From contig QCDI01000007.1 in NCBI GenBank assembly GCA_003280965.1, forward strand, positions 37,634 to 101,633: a stretch of DNA of 64,000 nucleotides, read 5' to 3'. Below, one piece after another: positions 28,472 to 40,972 of this stretch. This stretch comes from Prochlorococcus sp. AG-355-B18. GTDB lineage: Bacteria; Cyanobacteriota; Cyanobacteriia; PCC-6307; Cyanobiaceae. Within the stretch, counting starts at the first letter, position 1. Each line of letters begins with the position of its first letter. The notes beneath the pieces are model-generated. The model searched no databases. It was not told the origin of the DNA and saw nothing but the letters and a program-made list of their open reading frames with translations. The position numbers and the translations under genes were made by a program.

Positions 28472-29479
28472 TTGGAAGGAATAAATTTTAATCAGATTGG
28501 AGTGTCATTCAAGGGAAGCGGAAGTTATGTACCTGATCAAATCCTAACTAATCAAAAAATTAGTCAAAAGGTTGATACAAGTAATGAATGGATAAAATCT
28601 AGAACTGGCATTTCTGAGAGAAGAATCTCTAATTTAGAAGATAATGTTACTGAGATGGGTTATAAAGCTGCTCTATCAGCTATAGAAATGGCTAATTGGG
28701 ATATTAAAACGATTGATTTGATTGTTTTAGCTACTTCTACTCCACATGATTTATTTGGATCAGCGCCATCCATTCAAGCTAAATTAGGAGCAGCTAATGC
28801 TGTAGCTTTCGATTTAACTGCAGCTTGTAGTGGTTTTTTATTTGCCTTAATAACAGCCTCACAATTTTTAAAAGGTGGTAGTTTTAAAAGGGCTATTGTT
28901 ATTGGAGCAGATCAATTATCAAGTTTTGTTGATTGGAACGATAGAAGAAGTTGCATTCTCTTTGGAGATGGTGCCGGTGCATTAGCAATTGAAGCCACAA
29001 ATGAATTTGATAATTTTATAGGTTTTGATATGAGAACTGATGGTGCGAGGGGTTCTTTTCTTAATCTTCCATCAACAAATAATAAGGATTCAATAGTTGA
29101 TGAAATTGACTTTTTAAATGGAGGTTTTTCTCCAATTCAGATGAATGGTCAGGAAGTTTATAAATTCGCAGTTAAAGAAGTTCCAATAATTCTTGAAAAG
29201 TTGTTGAAAAAAATGAAATATAATACTGATCAAGTTGATTGGCTCTTGCTGCATCAAGCTAATCAAAGAATATTGGATTCTGTAGGAGAAAGGTTAAAAA
29301 TTCCCCGAGAAAAAATTCTTAGCAATTTAGAAAAATATGGCAATACGTCAGCAGCAACTATTCCACTAATGATGGATGAGGCTGTAAGAGACTATAGAAT
29401 TAAACAAAATGATATTATTGCTACAAGTGGTTTCGGTGCTGGGCTAAGTTGGGGTGCAGCCCTGATTAAATGGGGTTAA
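28472..29479 (+). CDS. fabH: Beta-ketoacyl-ACP synthase III
   Basis: AACSGF, HQANQRI, GNTSAA. Confidence 0.95.
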   Translation: MEGINFNQIGVSFKGSGSYVPDQILTNQKISQKVDTSNEWIKSRTGISERRISNLEDNVTEMGYKAALSAIEMANWDIKTIDLIVLATSTPHDLFGSAPSIQAKLGAANAVAFDLTAACSGFLFALITASQFLKGGSFKRAIVIGADQLSSFVDWNDRRSCILFGDGAGALAIEATNEFDNFIGFDMRTDGARGSFLNLPSTNNKDSIVDEIDFLNGGFSPIQMNGQEVYKFAVKEVPIILEKLLKKMKYNTDQVDWLLLHQANQRILDSVGERLKIPREKILSNLEKYGNTSAATIPLMMDEAVRDYRIKQNDIIATSGFGAGLSWGAALIKWG

Positions 29480-29497
29480 AAACAAAATAGGAACATT

Positions 29498-30394
29498 ATG
29501 ACAGTTGCATGGGTATTCCCTGGACAGGGTTCGCAAAAAATCGGAATGGCAAAACAAATTGAAAATTTGCCGAGTACAAAAGATAGGTTTAGTTATGCTT
29601 CTGAGATATTTGAGAGAAATTTATTTGAAATTTGCGAGTTAAATTCTGATCCAACAAATCCTCTTAGTGATTTGAATAATACAAGAAATACACAAATCTG
29701 TCTTTTTTTAGTTGAATCAATTTTATTAGATGCCTTAAAAGAAAATGGTTTTAAACCAACTTATGTTGCTGGGCATAGTCTTGGAGAAATAACTGCATTA
29801 TATTGTGCGGATGTTTTTTCATTCGAAGAATGCGTATCACTAATAAAAGTAAGATCTCAATTGATGGGAAATGCTGGGCAAGGATCTATGGCAGCAGTAA
29901 TTGGTTTTGATAGAAACGAACTTGATCTATTAGTCAAAAACAGTGAAGATATTGTAATTGCTAATGATAATAGCTCTTCTCAAGTTGTCTTATCAGGATC
30001 TAACGAAGAGTTAGACAATTTATCAAAAGAAATTTCTTGTAAAAGATTTCTAAAATTAAATGTTTCAGGTGCATTCCATTCACCATTCATGGATGAGCCT
30101 GCAGTTAAATTTTCTGAGTATTTAAAACAGATTAAGTTTAAAAATCCTTCTTTTCCAGTAATAAGTAATTATGACCCTTCATTATGTGACGATCCAGATG
30201 AGCTTAAAATTAGATTGGCTAATCAAATGTGTAATGGCGTAAGGTGGCGAGAAACTATGGATTTAATGGCAAAAGATAATGATCTTCATTTTGTTGAAGT
30301 TGGCCCATCCAATGTGCTTAGCGGTTTAGCAAAAAGACATATGAAAGATTTAAAAATTTCTCAAGTTTCATCTTCTAATCAAATAACTTACTAA
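29498..30394 (+). CDS. fabD: Malonyl-CoA:ACP transacylase
   Basis: FPGQGSQ, GHSLGE, SGAFHS. Confidence 0.95.
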   Translation: MTVAWVFPGQGSQKIGMAKQIENLPSTKDRFSYASEIFERNLFEICELNSDPTNPLSDLNNTRNTQICLFLVESILLDALKENGFKPTYVAGHSLGEITALYCADVFSFEECVSLIKVRSQLMGNAGQGSMAAVIGFDRNELDLLVKNSEDIVIANDNSSSQVVLSGSNEELDNLSKEISCKRFLKLNVSGAFHSPFMDEPAVKFSEYLKQIKFKNPSFPVISNYDPSLCDDPDELKIRLANQMCNGVRWRETMDLMAKDNDLHFVEVGPSNVLSGLAKRHMKDLKISQVSSSNQITY

Positions 30395-30401
30395 ATAAAG
30401 T

Positions 30402-31022
30402 ATGAAAAATGATGCTTTTCAGAAGTTAATCTATCAATTAGTTAGCAAACTTTTTGTGTTACCAATTTATAAATTTGTATTTAGAGGTCATCTAATAGGT
30501 ATAGAAAATATTCCGCAAAAAAATGCTTTTATAATGGTTTCTAATCATGGTTCTTTGCTTGACCCTCCTTTGTTAGGACATGCTCTTGGACGTAATATAT
30601 CTTTCATGGCTAAGGCAGAGCTATTTAAAATACCTTTACTTGGGTTTATTATCAAGGCTTGTGGAGCTTATCCTGTAAAAAGAGGAATTGTTGATAAAAA
30701 TACCATTAAAACAGCTTGTAAAAAATTATCAAATGATAATTGTATTGGAATATTTATTGATGGTACTCGTCAAAAAAATGGTCGAGTGAATAGGCCCAAA
30801 CAGGGAGCAGCATTATTAGCCTTTAAAAATCAAAAATTATTATTGCCTGTTGCAATAGTCAATTCTCATAGACTAATAAGATTTAAATTCTTTATTCCTT
30901 TGTTTTCGAAAATAGTTATTAAAGTGGGAAAACCTGTTCAACCTCCACAGAGTTCATCAAGAGATGAATTGAATTCTGTAACATTGCACCTTCAAGATAA
31001 GATTAATAATCTGATTGGATGA
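30402..31022 (+). CDS. plsC: 1-acyl-sn-glycerol-3-phosphate acyltransferase
   Basis: NHGSLLD and FIDGTR motifs. Confidence 0.88.
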   Translation: MKNDAFQKLIYQLVSKLFVLPIYKFVFRGHLIGIENIPQKNAFIMVSNHGSLLDPPLLGHALGRNISFMAKAELFKIPLLGFIIKACGAYPVKRGIVDKNTIKTACKKLSNDNCIGIFIDGTRQKNGRVNRPKQGAALLAFKNQKLLLPVAIVNSHRLIRFKFFIPLFSKIVIKVGKPVQPPQSSSRDELNSVTLHLQDKINNLIG

Positions 31023-31026
31023 ATAT

Positions 31027-31686
31027 TTAGTTAATTGGAGAAATAGGGTAAAGCGGCAAAACTTTTCTCCAGGAATCTACATTTGAATTTAATAAATTTT
31101 TATTTGCTAAGTCTAATAGTTCTTTTAGATCTTTTTTATCATCATAATTAGCTTCAAAAGTAAGTTCTGTAATGTCAAGTTCTTTGACAACTTTTGGTAA
31201 AACTGTTTCTCGAATGACTAGATCCGAGGAGTTTTTTTCTTTATGACAAATTTCATATTTACCTGCAATAAATCCTTTGCGTTTCAATTTTTTGTAAATC
31301 CAGAATAATTTTTTGTTTATAAAAATATTGTTTTTTAATGCAATTCTTTTTGCCATTATTTCAAATGAACTAAAGCTTTCTAAAGGACAATTTATTTGCT
31401 GTGAAATAGTTCTTGCTAAAACTACAATAAGTCTCGAGGCATTAAAATTTGCTGGCCCTATACTTACAGAGATCTTACTTACTTTTTGTAAATTTTCTTT
31501 AGAAATGAACTTGTTAAAATCAACAATCAAGTTGTTGCATAAGTCTTTATCAAATTCTTTTATAAACAATTCATCAGATCCAGCATCGTTATTTTTTCTA
31601 AATCCGAAACCAAAAGAAATGTCTGTACTATGAATTACTAATGTATTGTAGTTTTGCTTTTTCCTTGGTTGTAGATTATTTATCAT
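31027..31686 (-). CDS. tsaB: TsaB/YeaZ-like protein
   Basis: VSIGPANFNASR resembles GPGSFTGxR. Confidence 0.65.
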   Translation of the reverse strand: MINNLQPRKKQNYNTLVIHSTDISFGFGFRKNNDAGSDELFIKEFDKDLCNNLIVDFNKFISKENLQKVSKISVSIGPANFNASRLIVVLARTISQQINCPLESFSSFEIMAKRIALKNNIFINKKLFWIYKKLKRKGFIAGKYEICHKEKNSSDLVIRETVLPKVVKELDITELTFEANYDDKKDLKELLDLANKNLLNSNVDSWRKVLPLYPISPIN

Positions 31687-31695
31687 CTATTACCT

Positions 31696-31953
31696 TTAAA
31701 TAGGCAATTCTAAGCCTGGGTTAATTTTAGCCCACTTCCCAAATTCTTCTATAAAACTTCCGCAAGATTGAACATCCCAATCTGTTTTGTAATCACCATT
31801 ATTATCTTCTACTATTGATACATGTATGTGTGGTTTAAGTGCTTTAAAATTAGGCACATCGCAAAGGTGTTTGACACCATGATTATTCTCAACATCATGG
31901 TATGTATTACACTTATCAACCCATTTACAGTTAATGCAAATGCACATAATCAA
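31696..31953 (-). CDS. ycf34: Ycf34 family protein
   Basis: MCICINC...C.TYH.VE..H, WDVQSC.SF. Confidence 0.88.
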   Translation of the reverse strand: MIMCICINCKWVDKCNTYHDVENNHGVKHLCDVPNFKALKPHIHVSIVEDNNGDYKTDWDVQSCGSFIEEFGKWAKINPGLELPI

Positions 31954-31976
31954 TAAATAACTTTAAAACAAAAGAT

Positions 31977-33182
31977 ATGTACACAGATCATACACTAATA
32001 ATTAAAGAATTAGAAAGAAGTATAAAATTTTATAATTGGAATTCTATCCTATCTTTCTTACCAAAAGGATCATATTTAGTCGGTGGTTATGTAAGAGATA
32101 TTATTATGAAAAGAGTAAATAAAGAGGTAGATGTTGATATTGTAGTGCCTTGTAATGCTATTGAAATTGGAAAAAAGATTTCAGATAATATTAAATCTAA
32201 ATTTATAATTTTAGATAAAAAACGAGAAGTTGTAAGAATTATTCTTCATGGTATTTCGATTGATATCGCTAATCAGGTTTCATCCACCATTGAAGGAGAT
32301 TTAAGAGCTAGAGACTTTTCGATTAATTCAATTGCTTTTTTATTAGATAAGAAGTGTTTGTTTGATCCACTAAATGGCATTAAAGATCTAGAACTTGCTT
32401 TGCTTAGAACGCATTCGGAAATAAATCTGCTTAATGATCCCCTACGAATATTAAGATGTTTTCGATTTGTTTCAGAATTGAATTTTAAAGTTGATCTAAA
32501 TTTAATTACTTTTATAAAAAAAAATAAAAGAAAATTATATTTTGTTGCTAAAGAAAGGATTAACTATGAAATGCAGAAAATAGTTCATGGTGCAAATGCC
32601 CTTGATGCAGTTTTATTGTTAAAAACATTAAATATATTTGGCTCTAAAAATTTATATAAAGATTCTTTTTTTTTGGATTTAAAGAAAATTAATTATGAAG
32701 AACTTAACCAACATGAAAAAGAGGAATTTTTACCATTTTTTTTTATTACTCAAATTTTAGATGTTGTATCTTTAGAAGAACTTAACTTTAGTAAAGTTGA
32801 AATTGCAAAAACTAATTTATTGCGAAAATGGCACCTTTTTTTGAAGAATAAAAATATCCCTCAGTTAAATGAATTAGATAGATTTAAATTACATCAAGAA
32901 TTAGAGATGTTTCTTCCATCTTTTATTTTTTATTTACCTCAAAATTTACGCTTAAATTGGCTAAACAGATGGCGTGACAAGGAAGACAAATTATTTCATC
33001 CCTCAAATTTAGTTAATGGTGATGTAATAAAAAAATATTTGAAAATAGAGGATGGGCCTATCTTGGGAGAGCTTTTACAGTATCTTTCAAAGGAGCTTGC
33101 ATTCAAAAGATTGAATAATTTTGATGAAGCTATTTATAAAGCAAAGCAATGGATTGAACAAAATGCGCCAAAATGTGATTAA
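31977..33182 (+). CDS. tRNA nucleotidyltransferase (CCA-adding / poly(A) polymerase family)
   Basis: VGGYVRD, DVDIV, RDFSINS, DPLRILR. Confidence 0.88.
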   Translation: MYTDHTLIIKELERSIKFYNWNSILSFLPKGSYLVGGYVRDIIMKRVNKEVDVDIVVPCNAIEIGKKISDNIKSKFIILDKKREVVRIILHGISIDIANQVSSTIEGDLRARDFSINSIAFLLDKKCLFDPLNGIKDLELALLRTHSEINLLNDPLRILRCFRFVSELNFKVDLNLITFIKKNKRKLYFVAKERINYEMQKIVHGANALDAVLLLKTLNIFGSKNLYKDSFFLDLKKINYEELNQHEKEEFLPFFFITQILDVVSLEELNFSKVEIAKTNLLRKWHLFLKNKNIPQLNELDRFKLHQELEMFLPSFIFYLPQNLRLNWLNRWRDKEDKLFHPSNLVNGDVIKKYLKIEDGPILGELLQYLSKELAFKRLNNFDEAIYKAKQWIEQNAPKCD

Positions 33183-33240
33183 ATACACATAGCTTAGTTT
33201 TGTTTAGAAGTTCAGACTTCAAAATCATTTTTAAAAATTT

Positions 33241-33660
33241 ATGAGTATTCGCATTTACATTGGCAACTTACCACAAGGATTTAATCCAAAAGAATTTGAT
33301 ACGCTTTTAAAATCTGTTTCTGATTCGATTAGATTTAAAGCAGTTTTAGATAAGGAAACTAAGGAATGCAGAGGGTTTGGTTTCGCAACTACAAACAAAG
33401 AAGAGAATGCTAATTTATTAATTCAAAAATTAAATGGTTTTGAATTTAATGGTTCTAAATTAAGAGTAGAGTTATCAGAAAAGAAAGACTCTGCCTCAAA
33501 TAAAAGAAACAGCGGAAATTTAAATAAAAACAAGAAGAGGAAAGATTTCAAAAAAATTGTTCATAGTGACGCTCCTAATCTTGAAGCCCCGGATCCAAGA
33601 TGGGCTGGAGAGTTATCTAAATTAAAAGATTTGTTGGCGAACCAAAAGACACCTGCGTAG
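33241..33660 (+). CDS. RRM RNA-binding protein
   Basis: IYIGNL (RNP2) and RGFGF (RNP1). Confidence 0.88.
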   Translation: MSIRIYIGNLPQGFNPKEFDTLLKSVSDSIRFKAVLDKETKECRGFGFATTNKEENANLLIQKLNGFEFNGSKLRVELSEKKDSASNKRNSGNLNKNKKRKDFKKIVHSDAPNLEAPDPRWAGELSKLKDLLANQKTPA

Positions 33661-34569
33661 TTATTTAATATGAGAAATTAAAAAGGATATAGGTATCTCA
33701 AAGGCTTTAACTGAATTTTTTACAAAAGCTCTTTTATTAAACACATCATAATCTAGCCTTTCAATAGAATCTAATATCCCTCTATAGAGGCGTAAAGATG
33801 TCCATACTGGCCACCTTGCATCAGAAGATAACCACTTTATCCCATCTTCAGACTTTTGGAACCAATCTCGAGCCCTTTTTAGTTGAAAGTTCATCAGCGC
33901 CTTCCACTGATTATTAATAACGCCTTTTATTAGTTCTTCTTCAGAATAATTAAATCTATCAATCTCCTCTTGTGGGAGATAAATCCTACCTCTTTGTCTG
34001 TCTTCTCCGACATCCCTCAATATATTTGTCAATTGATTTGCAATCCCTAGAGCTATAGCTGCCTCAGAAGGATCAGGCTTATCACTCCATGGCGCCGATG
34101 TATAGGCGCTATCAATCCCCATGACATTTTGAGTCATTAAACCAACAGTCCCTGCGACTCGATAACAATAGAGTTTTAATTCATCAAAGTCTTTGTACCT
34201 AAATTTATTAAGATCCATTCTTTGACCGTCTATCATATCTAAATAGGGTTGGATACTTTGTGGATATTTTTCGATAGTATCTAAAAGAACTGAATCTAAT
34301 TCAGATTTAATATTGCCTTTAAAAACATTTTTTGTATTTTCTTCCCACGCATCCAAATTATCTGAAAGCTCAACTTGAGATTTAGTTGAAGCTTCTACAC
34401 TATCCATTATTTCATCTGTTCTTCTGCACCATACATAAATAGCCCAAATTGCTTTTCTCTTTTCAAGTGGTAGGAGCAGAGTTCCCAAGTAAAAGGTTTT
34501 AGCCCATTCTTGAGTTTCTTTTCGGCATATCTCATATGCTTGATCTAGTTGAGAAATTGAATTTTTCAA
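33661..34569 (-). CDS. crtB: Phytoene synthase
   Basis: AKTFYLGT, YCYRVAGTVG, NILRDVGED. Confidence 0.95.
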   Translation of the reverse strand: MKNSISQLDQAYEICRKETQEWAKTFYLGTLLLPLEKRKAIWAIYVWCRRTDEIMDSVEASTKSQVELSDNLDAWEENTKNVFKGNIKSELDSVLLDTIEKYPQSIQPYLDMIDGQRMDLNKFRYKDFDELKLYCYRVAGTVGLMTQNVMGIDSAYTSAPWSDKPDPSEAAIALGIANQLTNILRDVGEDRQRGRIYLPQEEIDRFNYSEEELIKGVINNQWKALMNFQLKRARDWFQKSEDGIKWLSSDARWPVWTSLRLYRGILDSIERLDYDVFNKRAFVKNSVKAFEIPISFLISHIK

Positions 34570-34606
34570 AAAGTTTTAGCTGAATTAGGGAATTTTTAAA
34601 TGTTAT

Positions 34607-36046
<1,440 letters not shown>

Positions 36047-36094
36047 TTAAAGTTAGAACATTATAGTTTTTTTCGTTGATTATTTCGCAAAATT

Positions 36095-36442
36095 ATGGAA
36101 AAAATGCTTTTAAAATCAACCACTCGACATGTAAGAATTTTTACTGCTGAAGTAGTTGATAAAGAATTACAATTTCATCCCAACAAACTCACTCTTGATT
36201 TAGACCCAGATAATGAATTTATTTGGAATGAAGATTCTTTGAAAAAAATAAATGAAAAATTTAATGAATTAATAAAAGAAAGAGTAGGGAGAGATTTAGA
36301 TGATTATGAACTTCGTAAAATAGGATCAGAGATTGAAGGTCTAATCAAATTTTTGCTTCAGAATGGTCAATTAAGTTACAATCCCGACTGTAGAGTAATG
36401 AACTATTCAATGGGGTTGCCAAAAACAAATGAAGAACTGTGA
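36095..36442 (+). CDS. ndhM: NDH-1 subunit M
   Basis: [27 protein letters not shown]. Confidence 0.93.
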   Translation: MEKMLLKSTTRHVRIFTAEVVDKELQFHPNKLTLDLDPDNEFIWNEDSLKKINEKFNELIKERVGRDLDDYELRKIGSEIEGLIKFLLQNGQLSYNPDCRVMNYSMGLPKTNEEL

Positions 36443-37065
36443 ATAGACCACCCTCAAACAGAAGGCCTAGAAGAGGCTCCAATAGAAGTTATTACTCTCA
36501 AAACTTAAGAGATAATGACGCTTACAGTCAAAGAAATAGTAGATTGCCTGCTTCTTCTCCTGAACAAAAGATTAACTTCAGTACAGGAACTATTGCTGTT
36601 CTTGCAGGTGTATTAATTCTTGGAGTTGGTATTGGTAGTGCGATTACCAGTACAACAGATGGTGGACAGGGTAATATAGCTAGTCAACAACAATTAGATA
36701 TGGCTGTTCCAGACCCTGAATTTTGTAGACAATGGGGTGCGAGCGCCTTTGTTATTGATGTTGAGATGTATACAACTCTTAACCCATCCACGAGTTTTGT
36801 AACGCAACCAGCTCTTCAGCCAGGTTGTGTAATAAGGAGAGAGAATTGGACGGTTTTACAAAAACAAGGAGCTATTAGTAACGAAGATGTAAGAGAATGT
36901 AAACAAAGAATGAATACTTTTGCTTACATTGGATCCATAAGAGATAAACCAATAGTTAAATGCGTTTATCAAACTGATGTAAATGAAAATAAATTTATAA
37001 TTAAGGGTGACGGACAAGCCGAAGATGGAGGCGTAGGAATTAATAAAGAAGCAATTCAGTTCTGA
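36439..37065 (+). CDS. DUF3172 family protein
   Basis: [24 protein letters not shown]. Confidence 0.8.
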   Translation: MNRPPSNRRPRRGSNRSYYSQNLRDNDAYSQRNSRLPASSPEQKINFSTGTIAVLAGVLILGVGIGSAITSTTDGGQGNIASQQQLDMAVPDPEFCRQWGASAFVIDVEMYTTLNPSTSFVTQPALQPGCVIRRENWTVLQKQGAISNEDVRECKQRMNTFAYIGSIRDKPIVKCVYQTDVNENKFIIKGDGQAEDGGVGINKEAIQF

Positions 37066-37071
37066 TAAAGT

Positions 37072-38016
37072 TTATGATTCCCTTAATGGGCTTTCAAAGC
37101 TAGCAAATTGAGGCAAAATATTTTTCTTGAAAACTTCTGAAGCTCTTGAAGTATATCTTGATGGATTAGTTATTAATTTCAGTTCTCTTTTAACCTCTAA
37201 ATCAGCAATAAAAGCTTTATGTATTGTACCAGCCGCTAATTCTCTTTCAATTGAAACAACTGGCAAAAAAGAGGCTCCAAGTCCTGATTGGACTGCATTT
37301 TTTATTGCTTCAAGGGAGTTAAGTTCCATCTCAATTTTAAGTCTTTGAATGTCAAGTCCAGAATCTTTAAGAAGTTTGTCAACAACTTTCCTGGTAGTGG
37401 ATTGAGAGTCTAATGTTACAAAATTTAATTTGTATAAGTCTTCTTTTAAGAGTTCTTTTTTATAAGAGAGTGGATGCTTAGATGGTAAAACTAGTGCTAA
37501 TTCATCTGTTGCATATGGAATTACCTGCAATAAATTTTCTAAATCTCCAGGTAATTGTCCTCCAATGATGGCTAAGTCAATTTGCCCATTGGCGACGCTC
37601 CATCCAGTTCTTCTAGTACTGTGAACTTGAAGTTGAACAGATACATCAGGATATTTTTGTCTGAATAACCCTATCATTCTTGGCATTAAATAAGTTCCTG
37701 TTGTTTGACTGGCTCCAATAACGAGGGTTCCACCATTCAGGCTATTTAAATCTTCGATAGCTTTACAAGCCTCGTCGCATTGATTCAAAATTCGCTCGCA
37801 ATATTCAAGTAAAAGTCTTCCTGCATCAGTTAAAAGGGCTTTTCTCCCACCTCTGTCGAAAATTGTTATTTCAAGCTGTTTTTCTAAATTTTGTATTTGC
37901 AAACTCACAGCAGGTTGGGTTACGTATAGCAGATCTGCAGCTTTTTTAAAACTTCCTTGAGCTGCTATTGCTTTTAATATTCTTAATTGATCAAGAGTAA
38001 ATGGTAATTCGGGCAT
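37072..38016 (-). CDS. rbcR: LysR regulator (RbcR/Ycf30-like)
   Basis: [27 protein letters not shown]. Confidence 0.85.
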   Translation of the reverse strand: MPELPFTLDQLRILKAIAAQGSFKKAADLLYVTQPAVSLQIQNLEKQLEITIFDRGGRKALLTDAGRLLLEYCERILNQCDEACKAIEDLNSLNGGTLVIGASQTTGTYLMPRMIGLFRQKYPDVSVQLQVHSTRRTGWSVANGQIDLAIIGGQLPGDLENLLQVIPYATDELALVLPSKHPLSYKKELLKEDLYKLNFVTLDSQSTTRKVVDKLLKDSGLDIQRLKIEMELNSLEAIKNAVQSGLGASFLPVVSIERELAAGTIHKAFIADLEVKRELKLITNPSRYTSRASEVFKKNILPQFASFESPLRES

Positions 38017-38103
38017 CTATTTATTGTGCCTACAATTATTTATAATTCTAATACTTAGAAGTATTCTTGTTAAGGATTAAATTTATTCAAATAATCTAAA
38101 TTT

Positions 38104-38832
38104 ATGGAGACTCATAAAACTTCCCTGATAATTTTGTTCTTGATTTTGATTTTCGCAGTAATTCATAGCGGCGGAGCTGCTTTAAGACTTAAAGCAGAAT
38201 CTATTATGGGGCCTAGATTATGGCGTTTATGTTTCGTTTTTTTTAGTTTGCCATCTGCAATTATCTTGATAAGTTATTTTCTAGCTCACAGATATGATGG
38301 AATCAGATTATGGAATTTCCAGGGTAATAATTTAGTTTTTGTTCTAGTTTGGTTTTTAACTGCAGTAAGTTTTTTATTTTTATATCCAGCTACTTACAAT
38401 TTGCTGGAAATTCCATCGGTTTTAAAACCTAAAGTGCGAATTTATGGAACTGGGATAATGAGAATTACTAGACATCCACAAGCATTTGGTCAGATAATTT
38501 GGTGTTTTGCTCATACTTTATGGATTGGTACATCATTCACATTAATAACTTCAATTGGACTAATTTTGCATCATCTTTTTGCAATTTGGCATGGCGATAA
38601 GAGACTAGCCAATAGATTTGGCGAAGAATTTGAAAAGTTTAAACAAAATACTTCCATAATCCCCTTTATGGCAATAATTGAAGGAAGGCAAGAATTGAAA
38701 ATTCAAGAATTTTTAAGATTATCTCAACTTGGTATATTGATTGCAATTGGTGTACTTTGGTGGTCTCATCAGTACATAAATATTGCTGTTAAAACATTTA
38801 ATTCATCATTTTTGTCTGAATTTTTCAATTGA
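38104..38832 (+). CDS. NnrU / 15-cis-zeta-carotene isomerase-like membrane protein
   Basis: HSGGAALR, GIMRITRHP, TSIIPF. Confidence 0.82.
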   Translation: METHKTSLIILFLILIFAVIHSGGAALRLKAESIMGPRLWRLCFVFFSLPSAIILISYFLAHRYDGIRLWNFQGNNLVFVLVWFLTAVSFLFLYPATYNLLEIPSVLKPKVRIYGTGIMRITRHPQAFGQIIWCFAHTLWIGTSFTLITSIGLILHHLFAIWHGDKRLANRFGEEFEKFKQNTSIIPFMAIIEGRQELKIQEFLRLSQLGILIAIGVLWWSHQYINIAVKTFNSSFLSEFFN

Positions 38833-38865
38833 CAGTTTAAAATTAAAACATAAATTTTTTAAAAC

Positions 38866-40887
38866 ATGCCTCAAGCCTCAGAAATTGCCTGGTTAATTCC
38901 TGTTTTTCCTCTCATTGGAGCAGTGCTTTCTGGTTTAGGACTGATAAGTATCAACAAGAAAATTAATAATTCAAGAGAAATTGTTTCTGTAGGTCTTATT
39001 TCTTTCGTTGGAATATCTGCGGTAATTAGTTATAAGGCTCTATTTGAACAGGTTAATGGTTATGAACCAGTAGAAAAATTATTTGTTTGGGCCAACGCTG
39101 GGGATTTCACAATCCCAATGGGTTTCGTCCTAGATCCTTTGGGCAGTGTAATGCTTGCTCTGGTAACCACAATTACTTTACTGGTAATGATTTACTCTCA
39201 TGGTTATATGGCGCATGATAAGGGTTATGTCAGATTTTTTACATATTTAGCCTTATTTAGTAGTTCAATGATGGGATTAATAGTTAGTCCAAATTTATTA
39301 GAAATTTACGTTTTTTGGGAATTAGTTGGAATGTGTTCCTACTTACTGGTTGGTTTTTGGTATGACAGGGATGGTGCTGCTCATGCAGCTCAAAAGGCAT
39401 TTGTTGTTAATAGAGTAGGGGACTTTGGATTATTACTAGGGATTCTTGGTTTATTTTGGGCAACGAACAGTTTTGATTTTAATGAAATAGCTTCAGGAAT
39501 TTCACAATCAATATCAAATAATTCAATACCCATTTGGGCTGCTTTACTGCTTTGTTTTTTAGTTTTTTTAGGCCCAATGGCAAAATCTGCTCAGTTTCCT
39601 CTTCACGTTTGGTTACCTGATGCTATGGAAGGTCCAACTCCGATTTCTGCACTTATCCATGCAGCTACAATGGTTGCTGCAGGAATATTCCTAGTAGCAA
39701 GGCTTCAGCCATTGTATTCAATATTCCCCTCTATTCAGTTCATTATCGCTTTAGTTGGCACCATTACTTGTTTTTTAGGTGCTTCTATAGCTTTGACACA
39801 AATGGATTTAAAAAAAGGATTAGCATACAGCACTGTTTCTCAACTTGGTTATATGATGCTTGCGATGGGTTGTGGAGCACCAGTTGCAGGAATCTTTCAT
39901 TTAGTAACTCATGCTTGTTTTAAAGCGATGTTATTTTTGGGATCTGGTTCCGTAATACATGCTATGGAAGAAGTGGTAGGACATCAGCCAGTATTAGCTC
40001 AAGACATGAGATTGATGGGCGGTTTAAGAAAGAAAATGCCATATACCTCAGCGACATTTTTAATTGGTTGTATAGCTATCAGTGGTATCCCTCCACTAGC
40101 AGGTTTTTGGAGTAAGGATGAGATACTAGGAAATGCATTTATAACATTTCCAGCTTTTTGGTTCGTAGGATTTTTAACTGCTGGCATGACTGCTTTTTAT
40201 ATGTTTAGACTTTATTTCTTGACATTTGAAGGAGATTTTAGAGGGGAGAATAAAGAATTGCAAAAAGAACTTCTAATAGCTTCTAAATTAAATTTAGATG
40301 AAGAAGAACATGAAGAACATGAAGAACATGGCTATATTCATGAGTCTCCTTGGTCAATGACATTTCCCTTGGTATTTTTAGCTGTCCCTTCTGTAATTAT
40401 AGGTTTCATGGGGATTCCATGGGATAGCAAAATTGCAAATTTATTAGATCCTGAAGAAGCAGAGATTGCTGCAAAATCTTTCGAGTTAAAAGAATTTTTG
40501 CCTTTAGCAATAGCATCAGTACTTATTGCATCAGCTGGAATCATTATTGCTTATCAAGCATATTTTAGGAAAAAAATTAATCTCTCAATTTTATTTGCAG
40601 AAAAGTTTCCTACCATTAATAGATTTTTATCAAATAAATGGTATCTAGATGATATCAATGAAAAACTTTTTGTTAAGGGGAGCAGAAAGCTAGCTAAAGA
40701 AGTTTTAGAAGTCGATTCTAAGGTTGTTGATGGGGTAGTCAATCTTACCGGACTTGTAACTTTAGGAAGTGGAGAAGGTTTAAAATACTTTGAAACTGGT
40801 AAAGCTCAATTTTACGCTCTTATTGTTTTTGGAGGAGTAATTCTACTAGTTGCTATATTTGGCTTTCAATCTCCTCAAGTAACTTAA
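38866..40887 (+). CDS. ndhF: NDH-1 subunit 5
   Basis: KSAQFPLHVWLPDAMEGPTP. Confidence 0.95.
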   Translation: MPQASEIAWLIPVFPLIGAVLSGLGLISINKKINNSREIVSVGLISFVGISAVISYKALFEQVNGYEPVEKLFVWANAGDFTIPMGFVLDPLGSVMLALVTTITLLVMIYSHGYMAHDKGYVRFFTYLALFSSSMMGLIVSPNLLEIYVFWELVGMCSYLLVGFWYDRDGAAHAAQKAFVVNRVGDFGLLLGILGLFWATNSFDFNEIASGISQSISNNSIPIWAALLLCFLVFLGPMAKSAQFPLHVWLPDAMEGPTPISALIHAATMVAAGIFLVARLQPLYSIFPSIQFIIALVGTITCFLGASIALTQMDLKKGLAYSTVSQLGYMMLAMGCGAPVAGIFHLVTHACFKAMLFLGSGSVIHAMEEVVGHQPVLAQDMRLMGGLRKKMPYTSATFLIGCIAISGIPPLAGFWSKDEILGNAFITFPAFWFVGFLTAGMTAFYMFRLYFLTFEGDFRGENKELQKELLIASKLNLDEEEHEEHEEHGYIHESPWSMTFPLVFLAVPSVIIGFMGIPWDSKIANLLDPEEAEIAAKSFELKEFLPLAIASVLIASAGIIIAYQAYFRKKINLSILFAEKFPTINRFLSNKWYLDDINEKLFVKGSRKLAKEVLEVDSKVVDGVVNLTGLVTLGSGEGLKYFETGKAQFYALIVFGGVILLVAIFGFQSPQVT

Positions 40888-40972
40888 TTACAATTGTGTG
40901 TCTTCACTGTTCATTGGGGTGAAAAAATACAGATAATTTCTAGAATTCATTTAAGATAAATTTCTTATTAAA

